DNA of 64,000 nucleotides from Octopus vulgaris (taxonomy: Eukaryota). The notes below the pieces were generated by a model. That model ran no database searches. It was not told the origin of the DNA and saw only the letters and a list, made by a program, of their open reading frames with translations. The translations under genes and the position numbers were made by a program. Below are positions 54,533 through 64,000 of the stretch, one piece after another (the stretch's first letter is position 1; each line of letters begins with the position of its first letter). The DNA is taken from positions 82,584,001 through 82,648,000 of the forward strand of contig OX597820.1 of assembly GCA_951406725.2 (NCBI GenBank). Direction: 5' to 3'.

Positions 54533-55580
54533 TGTGAGTGTATGTGAGTGTTTCTGTGTATGAGTATGAGTATATATAGAATTGTATCAAATCAACAAAT
54601 CAGTTTCTACAAACGTACTAGTGATTACACACGGTCTATAAATTTAGCACTGTATAAAAACAACCTCTTTTGATTATGATAGAATCAATTATGTATCCGT
54701 ATAAACAAATGCACGCTCCAATATACACCATCGTCACACATCTCTATTTAGCCAACTTCTCGCAAGCTGAAGTAATGTCATGTTTATGAAACACATACTT
54801 TGAAACATGTCGCATATTCGCCAACCCATTTCAAAGCATGAATATTCGTACTGTATATGATTAATATAATTGCAACACATATTTAGAAATAGTGGGTCTG
54901 TAAATTTTATTTCATGTTTTCTTGTAAGTTTGTATTTTATGTGGATAAGCAATACAATGGTGAGTTTAGTGCTATAGAAAAGTCGTGTTATTATGAGTTT
55001 TCAGAAATCTACAAATGGTCGGATTTTGGACTACGATGAATATTGGTAAAAAGATAGAAATTAAAGTTAATAAAAACAGTGCATTCTCCACAGGAGCTTT
55101 CTATCCATAACTAGATTTTTATAATATATAAGTAAATGAATAAAAATAAATGTAAATAAATTTAAAAATTGCCAACCCTTCCCTGTTGTCTCATGGATAA
55201 AATATTGTTGCCTATCCTGGTCGCTCTGTACTAAACAAAATATTAGGAATCTGGAGACTAATTACAAAAGGCGAAACCATACAATAAAGGGAATGACACG
55301 ACTTGATTCTCTTCAGAAAGCTCAAACGATCTTGTGTTCAAAATTACTATGAGCGCTACATCATTTATACACTGTAGAAAATGAACCTAGTCAGTATGGC
55401 CCAAATGACAGTAACATCAAGTTTACAGCTCACCAGAGCCACCTATGCCTTACTTGTAGAGAATTCAACTAAAATAATAATCAGTTTACCATATCATACC
55501 AATTTTTCTACTAGTTTCATTAACAACAATAAAAGTGCACTGAGAACATCAAGAAGAAGAAGAAGAACAACAACAACAAC

Positions 55581-55638
<58 letters not shown>

Positions 55639-56009
55639 GCAAAAATAATTGTGAAAGGAGAAGGAGTATTACTTCAAATTTGGAAAGTAAATCGATTATC
55701 TGGGATCTTCAAATCGATACTTATTTTATAGGTTCCAATATCTTTGTAGAAAACACAATTACTTTGTGAGAAGAAATATCAATAGAATCGCCATTTTTGT
55801 CACCGTTTTGTTAACAGGTTTGTGACTGCTGCTACTACTGCCACTACTACTACTTCTGCTGTTGCCATTGTTCTTGTTGATAATGTCATTCTGAATCCTG
55901 TGGTTTCGTGGTTTATACTTTTAAGACGCATTTTTCATTATTCACGTGTGTGACTCTGATTACACAATAGCAGAGAATATTTGTTAAAAAAGTAGATATC
56001 GTAAAATGC

Positions 56010-56200
56010 AACTTCTTCTTCTTCTCCTCCTCCTCCTCCTTCTTCTTCTTCTTCTTCTTCTTCTTCTTCTTGTTCTTGTTCTTGTTCTTGTTCTTGTTCT
56101 TGTTCTTGTTCTTCTTCTTCTTCCCCTCCTCCTCCTCCTCCTCCTCCTCCTCCTTCTTCTTCTTCTTCTTCTTCTTCTTCTTCTTCTTCTTCTTCTTCCC
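56010..56200. repeat. (TTC)/(CCT)/(TTCTTG)n compound microsatellite
   Basis: Direct inspection. Confidence 0.95.
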
Positions 56201-56419
56201 CTTTCTAATGAAGACAGAGTTATTTGTGTTTGAAATAGTTCTAAAACATTGACTAAAGTTAAAACAACAATCTGGTATTTGTAATCAGACGCACATGTGT
56301 AGATCCACACAAACTTGCTCATCCGCGCGCAACAGTCTATTGAAATCATGGGACATACGTACACAAAGTAAATCCTGTGACAAATCACAGCCGACATATC
56401 ATCATAATCATAATAGTCC

Positions 56420-56591
56420 TTCCTACTAAAGACATAAGGTCTGAAATTTGGTGGGAGGGGACTAGTCAATTACATCGATCCCGATGAAAGTAAAGTTGAC
56501 TTCAGTGGAATTTGAACTTAGAATGTAAAAATGGACGAAGTGTCGCTAAGCATTTTGCCCGGCGTGCTAATGATTCTGTCAGCTCACCACG

Positions 56592-56592
<1 letters not shown>
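56420..56592 (-). mobile_element. Meta-domain-like SINE, partial
   Basis: aaagttgacttcagtggaatttgaact...gctaagcattttgcccggcgtgctaa...agctcacc. Confidence 0.75.
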
Positions 56593-56646
<54 letters not shown>

Positions 56647-56647
56647 G

Positions 56648-56734
<87 letters not shown>

Positions 56735-56759
56735 GTAATAACGATAATGATGATGATTT

Positions 56760-56818
<59 letters not shown>

Positions 56819-56841
56819 GTAATAATAATAATAGTAATAAT

Positions 56842-57408
56842 GATATATTTCAAGGAGATTGCTGTGATTTGTGTGATACCCCTCACACAGATACTACGGA
56901 AAGTGACATCGGAGTACACCTTGAAAAGTGGAGGAAAATAAAATAATCCGTTATATCTAGATGACTTAAATATATTTGGAGTAAAGACCGAAAGTGAAAT
57001 AAATGGCCTAGTTTCAACAATGCAGATATTCAGTAAGGATATCGGAATGGAATAGGGACTAAAAAGTGTGGTATGCTTATAATACAAAGTGGTAAATTAG
57101 TGTCATCAGATAGTGTAGAGCTACCCAACGGCGAGTAAATCAAGGATATTGAGACTAATGGATATAAATATCTGAGGATTTTAGAATACGACAAAATCAA
57201 GGCAAGTGAAATGAAGGAGAGATTTAGGCGAGAATATCTCAGAATAACCAAGTTAATTATGAGAAAAACAAAATCAGAGCAATGGCACATGGGCTGTTTC
57301 CTTAATGCGATACGGCGTAGGTGTTATTAGGTGGATAAAGAACGAGCTTAAGGAAATGGAGAGTAAAACTAGAAAAGTGATGATAATTAACAAGGAAATA
57401 CATCCTCA
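56842..57408 (+). mobile_element. R4/Dong RT core fragment next to (TAA)n
   Basis: IFQGD...VICVIPLTQILRK...LYLDDLNIF...FSKDIGME*GLKKCG...YKYLRILE. Confidence 0.85.
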
Positions 57409-57546
57409 AAAAGGCAAAGTCGACCTCGGTGGAATTTGGACTCAGAACGTAACGGCAGACGAAATACCGCTAAGCATTTCGCCCGGTATGCTAACGTTTC
57501 TGCTAGCTCGCCACCTGAGCTTCTCCAGGTATTGCAATATCTATTA

Positions 57547-57684
57547 TCTGAACCTGCTGGTTATGATGACATTGATGTGAGTACAGTGAAAGAAAACTTG
57601 CCTCTGTTCGTGTCACACTGGAAACTTTTAACAGTGTCTTGCTCAAGATTTTACTAGGTCGACGGAAATAAGTGAAAGAAGTAA
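57547..57684 (+). repeat. Intronic duplicate of exon F segment 59263-59405
   Basis: tctgaacctgctgg.tatgatgacattgatgtgagtacagt.aaagaaaact.gcctctgttcgtgtca...gtcttgctcaagattttactaggtcgacggaaataagtgaa is shared. Confidence 0.9.
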
Positions 57685-57689
57685 TGAGG

Positions 57690-58270
57690 CATCACGCCCT
57701 TCATTGTTGACAACCCCTAAAACCATGATAGTTGAAGGGAATTTTGTATGCATAACACTTAGAACATCAGAAGGGTCTACACATAATCTGTCATTTCTTC
57801 TGTTAACTTTTGATCTTGGTCGAAGTTTTTCTCGCTTGAGAAAAACCAAATCAATTCTTCTTCTGCTAGATTTTTCAGTTTGTTTAAGAACCTTTTAGAT
57901 ATGATTTAGTGATTTTCTTTTGAGTTTTCTGACAAATTGACCTTTTCTCATCATATAAGACTTATATCTAATGTTTTCGTGGACAACATTTTTGACTGTT
58001 CCTTCTGACATATGGAGATCTTTTGCAATTGACCCCATGTACTTTCTGGGATTGTAATCAATGGTCTGTTGAACTTGCTGACTAAATTCTAGTGTTCCAA
58101 TGATTTCAAAGCGTTTAGAATGCGTTTTTATGCTTTGGTACTGGTGATACGTTTCCATCTTCAGTCTAACTCCTTACAAACTTTGTAGACGAAAGATCTG
58201 GGAACTTTTAAAAATCGAGATATTTCTAAATTGCTATGCTCAGCCTTTATAACCACAACAACAGCATGCC
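57690..58270 (-). mobile_element. Tc1/mariner (maT-like) transposase fragment
   Basis: NPRKYMGSIAKDLHMSEGTVKNVVHENIRYKSY...KVNRRNDR...TKFPSTIMVLGVV. Confidence 0.75.
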
Positions 58271-58934
58271 TCTTCCTTTCTTGAATAAGCTGAGTGTCTG
58301 CCACTATTATTTTCTGAAACAAAGATTATACAGATTTAGCAGAAAATACAGCAATGATCTAGAAAGGTATATCCTACCTTACGCACTCTGTATATTACTC
58401 GAAAAAATTCCCGCAGCTCATTATCTTCCTTACAACCATTCGTCTTATACCCATCACCAGCATGAACATCAACTATCTCAGCCTGATCAATACCATAATC
58501 ATCACCACCCTCATCACCATCCTCAGCAGTACCAACAAAAGTAATAGCGTCTCAGAATTTGCGGAAACATAATTAAGCATGACTGATGCCCTATCATTGA
58601 TACCACTTACAAATGCCTATGCAGTTTAATGCTGTTTATAAGAAAATGACTATTAATTAAAATTTATTTCCTTATGCACTTTAACCCCCCTCCGAACACA
58701 CGCACACACGCACACATACACCATACACATACATACACATATATACACATTCATGCATTTATGCACATCTCTATATATGTGTGTCCGTGGATATAAATGA
58801 TATCTATCTATATATCTATCTATCTATCAATCTATCTATCTATCTATCTGTCTATTTATCTATCTATCTGTCTGTCTGTCTGTCTATCTGTATGCAGCTG
58901 TATATTTGTATATGTAATTTTTTTTGTCTTTCAG

Positions 58935-60511
58935 AGACTGCTAATCCATCATCAGGAGTCGTCGATGTAACTACATCTGGAAATACGTCAATGATAATGA
59001 GCATCACAACAGCTGGCATTGACATTATTCGACGCAAAACACAGCACAAAATTTGACATCGTTTGCAACCACAAGGAATATTGTTGACGTCACTCCACTG
59101 ATTTCTTCTGAAAGACAGACAAACGTAGCTGAACTATCGCAAAAACCAGAATATGATGGAATTTCAGAAACTAGTACCAATAGCATTTACAGCACGAACA
59201 ATAATAACGACATGGCATCTGATAATTCCATGTTTACACTTGTGACGATATCATACTTTGGTTCTGAACCTGCTGGTGATGATGACATTGATGTGAGTAC
59301 AGTAAAAGAAAACTCGCCTCTGTTCGTGTCAGGCTGGACACCTTTAACAGACAGTAGTCTTGCTCAAGATTTTACTAGGTCGACGGAAATAAGTGAATTA
59401 AGTAACATGATAATAACTATGCCGTTGACATCTGAGAATTACAAAACTGAAGATTATCTCACTGATACAAATAAAAATGTTAAAAATTCAGAGATTTCAA
59501 CGATAGCCTTTACAGAAATGACAGAAAAATCTTCACCTGACATTATCAATAAACCATCAACTTTCAACACAGATTATAAGGACATTACAGAAACCTCAGT
59601 AACCAATATGCAGACACTTGATAATGAATTATTTACACCAGGATCGATATTTACCATGAACGATCTCACAAATTTTGATGTAACTAATACTGAGGAAACT
59701 CCAGTTTCATCCACAACAGTCCAAACAGCTGATTTTCTGCTTACTACTTACAATTCTAAACCAGAAATAACCAGCCAAGCTGAAATAATGTTCACTTCCG
59801 ACCTGACAACACCTGATGAACGCTTAACCATGTACGATACCTCACGACTAACGGTAAATTATGTAACTAATACAGAAGATATTACGACGATTGATATGAA
59901 AGAGAGAGATATCACAACACTTGATATTAACTATAACACTCAAAGTATTATATATGATTTGACATCGCATAGCAACATAAGAGATACTAGCAACATCACA
60001 CCAGATGTGAGCAACATTACTCCAGATTTTACGACATCTGGAGATATCACTGACTCTACACAAATCACAATGTCAGAAACTCATGATTATACGAAACACA
60101 ATACTACACAAGATGTATCAATTTCTACAGAAACCACAGATTCCACTACATACATTATTGTTACACCAAAAGACACTCCACCTTATACACTGGAGACAAC
60201 ACCTGATATTGTCAGTACAACATATAACAACGTCAAAGAAGAATCCACAGTATCTTATACAATATCATCCGAAACGAGTGAAACAATTAGCCTGGCTTCA
60301 GGTTCAACTTTAAATTTTGTTACCTCTGACACAATCAATACGGAAGCCTATAGTTCAACACCTATAATTAATTCTGGGAGCCTGCAACCACAGACCACTC
60401 CGGTTACCGAAAACATATATACAGAAAATACACCGGTTGAATCACAGTCGATGACGGATATTTCATTAACGGCAACCGAGCCAGCTCTTACCACAACTGA
60501 TGTTTCACCAA
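58935..60511 (+). CDS. Exon F, large Ser/Thr-rich mucin-like stalk (apparent frameshift near 59028)
   Basis: Acceptor tttttttgtctttcAG at 58933-58934. The phase-1 frame reads TANPSSGVVDVTTSGNTS..., then the 488-aa T/S/D/E-rich ORF 59053-60519 is in another frame. Donor GTAGGT at 60512 (alternative AG|GTAAAT at 60516). Confidence 0.8.
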
Positions 60512-60557
60512 GTAGGTAAATAATTTTCTCAACTTACACCTATGTACACGCATGCAC

Positions 60558-60588
<31 letters not shown>

Positions 60589-60705
60589 TGGACACACTGC
60601 ACTCTCTCTCTCACTCACACTCACATACATGCATACATACGTACATACATACATGCATACATACATACATACATACATACATACATACATACATACATAC
60701 ATACA

Positions 60706-60737
<32 letters not shown>

Positions 60738-60835
60738 AATACATGCATATATGTGTCTGGAGGTAGCGATGCGCATATAAACATAATTACACTTCACATA
60801 CACACACATCTATATATATTTAGAAATAAAAGAAT

Positions 60836-60910
<75 letters not shown>

Positions 60911-61245
60911 AGCGTCCACTGCTTTCCACTCGTTTTGGTCTAATGATCCCCCATGTTTATTTTAGTTCGGTTTCCTTGTATGTCTCCACTCTCCTGTTTT
61001 GCTTCTCAACTTTTCCCCTCCATAAATCCTAAATTTTATTTCAGAATTCTTATTTTAGAATTCACATTGTCGTTGAACGCTCAAATGAGGAGGAGATAGA
61101 TAGCCGACAACTGATGAAGGATCCGTTCTCTGTGTTTACTTGTTTTCCATTTTCTCTCTAGTTATTTAATGTATTTAACATAACTCGTTTGTTTACGTAT
61201 TTCATGTTGTTTGCACAGCTGGGGAAGTCCTGTACTCATATATGC

Positions 61246-61357
<112 letters not shown>

Positions 61358-61371
61358 AGATTTATATATCT

Positions 61372-61740
61372 TTTATTCTTTTACTTGTTCCAGTCATTTG
61401 ACTTACGGCCATACTGGAGCACCGATTTGAAGGTATTTCAAGTGAAGAAGTCGACCTTAACTTATTCTTTGTAAGCCTAGTAAGTAAAGTTACGGGGACG
61501 GAAACACACTAACATCGGTTGTTAAGCAACGGGTGGGGGCAACACAGACACAAAACACACACACACACACACCCACATATATACGACGGGTATCTTTCAG
61601 TTTCCGTCAGCCAAATCCACTCACAAGACTTTGTTCCGCCCGAGGGCTACAGTAGATGACAATTGCGCAAGGTGCCACGCAGTTGGACTGAACCCAGAAC
61701 CAAGCGCAAGCCTCTTACCACACAGCCATACCCGCACCAA
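61372..61740 (-). mobile_element. SINE family 2, near full length
   Basis: Reverse complement of the 22984-23340 family (ccaaatccactcacaag, ggtgccacgcagt.ggactgaaccc, ttaccacacagcca). Confidence 0.85.
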
Positions 61741-61945
61741 TATATATATATATATAATTTATAGGAATGATCCAGGGGTATAATTACAAGGTACCTAAAT
61801 GTTGCTTAAGTGTCCTAGAAAACAATGATCACACCTGTGTCTGATTTGATTTCGGAATAAGAAAGCCGTATTTAGGAGAAAATAGGAAAAATTGAAAAAG
61901 CTGCAAACGCTTAGGATGTTATTAAAACATTTATATCTTCATATC

Positions 61946-62029
61946 TTCTACATACATTTCGATGGATGCATTCAAAATAAGTCCGACAGGAAGAATTATG
62001 GTCAGTTATGCATCCATCCCATCAGGAAA
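61946..62029 (-). ncRNA. Hammerhead ribozyme-like motif with perfect 11 bp stem II
   Basis: Minus strand tttc-CTGATGG-GATGGATGCAT...ATGCATCCATC-GAAATGTATGTA-gaag; A9 is replaced by G. Confidence 0.6.
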
Positions 62030-62779
62030 GGTATAAACAACACTCGTCAAACAGACATAGGAAGCCCTAGAAAATGTGACGTATTTATATGCATATCCAC
62101 GCACACGTACACCCACGCATCTATGCAAGATGCATACATAAACACACACACACACACATATATATTAATACTTTGAACAATACGAACATGTATGTATGCA
62201 AATATATACACACTCACACATACATATGTACATAAATACATACATACACATACACTCATACATATACTCACAGCACACACATAAGTACGTAGGTATACGT
62301 AAATAGACGCTTACGATCACATATTTATGCACATAAACACACGTTCACATACAAGCACAAGAGCATACACATCCCAAAACATAGATACTAACACATACAT
62401 ACACACACACTTACTTAAGCACATAAACACGCTTGTACACAAACATAGTATACATACATACAGGAAAAACCCCTGATATATACGCATATACATATATGGA
62501 AAGCCAAGTAGTGAGGGAACGCTAAATATTTAAAAGTGTCGTTAAGGAAATATACTTCATAGGGTGAGAAAATGAAGTAAAGGGTTAGAAAGATAAGGAG
62601 GGGAAAGAAAAAACAAAATAAAAAAGGAGAGAGAGAGGGAGGGGTAAGAGTAACGGGTAAAATCGTATAGATAAAAGGTAGGAAGAGAAAAAAGACGGGA
62701 AGAATAAATGTTATGGGAAGTAACATAGAAGAATAAATAAAAGGTAATTTCGCCGAAAATTTTTATTAGGTAATAGATT

Positions 62780-64000
62780 GATACTATTTGGAAAAATCGA
62801 AAGAATATTTTCTTCCAGTGTGTACACCTGTAAACGCGCTCCGTAAACTTCTTTACTAGATTATGTTTGGAAAAGAGAATGAAAAATTGCTCTTCCATAC
62901 AAAGAGGACAGAAAGATTTCCCTTTATCATAGGGAAAAGATTTAGATAAAATTTTCCATTCTAAAGAAAAAAGTTTGTTAGAATTTTTAAGGTACCAGAT
63001 TAGTTTACTAAGTCCTGTGGAGTTACGCTTTCGATTTTATTTGAAGGTAGAAAAATGGTTAGCCAGTCTGGATTTCAAAAACGTAGAGGATAATCCTATA
63101 TAAAAATAAGTCTATGTTACCAGAGGTAAATTTGCATTAGTATATGGTATTCATAATTCGGCACTTTCCATTTAGGACACAAGTTTTATTAAGGCCACAA
63201 TTGCAAATGTTGGTTACATTGATGTTATCATTTAATGAGAGATTATCGTTAATATTATTGTTACTAGAATTATTAAGAGAGAAATTGTAACCTATTAGAA
63301 TACGGCTGTTATATGCAGATATAAATTTGGCAGACGTTGTTGATGTTAGAGGAACCTAATCTGATACGGCGTGTGTTGAAAATCGAGTGGTACCTTGAAT
63401 TAATAGGGACGTTTCTTTCTATAGCATTACGAGGATAGTTTGTTTGGGGTTTGTCCATATACAAGAACTTGTCAGTAAAACCGCTTCTAGACAAAGCATT
63501 GTTTCAACCCTATTAAAGATCTCTCTATTGGCCGAGAGATTAGCTAGTCGTTTACTAATGCCCGGAACCTCGTTTCTAATTAAAGTGGGGGGATAGTTTG
63601 GGCTCTTGTGGATTTATACTGTATACTGGTTAGGATTCCTCTACAGGTAATATTTTCCCGTACTGAGGTCTAAAGTTACGTCCAAGTAATCGACCGTCGC
63701 CAGGTTGGTGGTAACCGTTATGGACAGACCGAACGCCTTAAATATTTTTATCATGTCCTTTACCAAATCCTTCTTGTCCATGGTGTGGCCGTTCATATGG
63801 CTTAAGATAGCTAGACAGTCGTCCCTATACAGGGCCGACTTATGTAGGTGGGTACGTCTCTTACATATGAAGACGCATGTATGTGTGTATGGAAGCGCTA
63901 CCTCGATGACTACTTAATTTTTTGGGATAGACCAAAATAAGACCTACAAACATTTTACCACAGCGTCAACACACTGCAGCCGTCTGTAAAATTCACAACA
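62780..64000 (-). mobile_element. Decayed Penelope-like (Naiad-type) ORF, running off the window
   Basis: PPTLIRNEVPGISKRLANLSANREIFN (RT thumb), CNCGLNKTCVLNGKC (CxCx5C linker), WKILSKSFPYDKGKSFCPLCMEEQFFIL...RCTH. Confidence 0.8.

Noticed and set aside
61105-61135. CTGATGAAGG hammerhead-like half core
   Set aside because: No matching stem II plus GAAA found.

Overview
AT-rich eukaryotic DNA packed with microsatellites. The repeat repertoire (two abundant tRNA-derived SINE families, R4/Dong and CR1-like LINE fragments, Penelope-like elements, mariner/pogo fossils, a Helitron) suggests a coleoid cephalopod, probably Octopus; this is inference. Most six-frame ORFs are microsatellite artefacts. 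One host gene can be assembled on the + strand from six phase-compatible exons (3113-3317, 7900-7920, 11292-11401, 19415-19473, 48234-48388, 58935-60511). It encodes a type II membrane protein: cytoplasmic tail, TM helix, SEA domain with an NGSVV motif split by a 28.8 kb intron, and a ~525 aa Ser/Thr mucin-like stalk with an apparent 1-nt frameshift near 59028. The start codon and 3' exons were not found in the window. The most unusual signal is in the introns: a Penelope-like element whose terminal repeat is a tRNA-like Pol III head + microsatellite + minimal hammerhead ribozyme, with a solo copy 2.2 kb away. Several more hammerhead-like motifs and long fold-back inverted repeats are also present. 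All coordinates and translations were read by eye.
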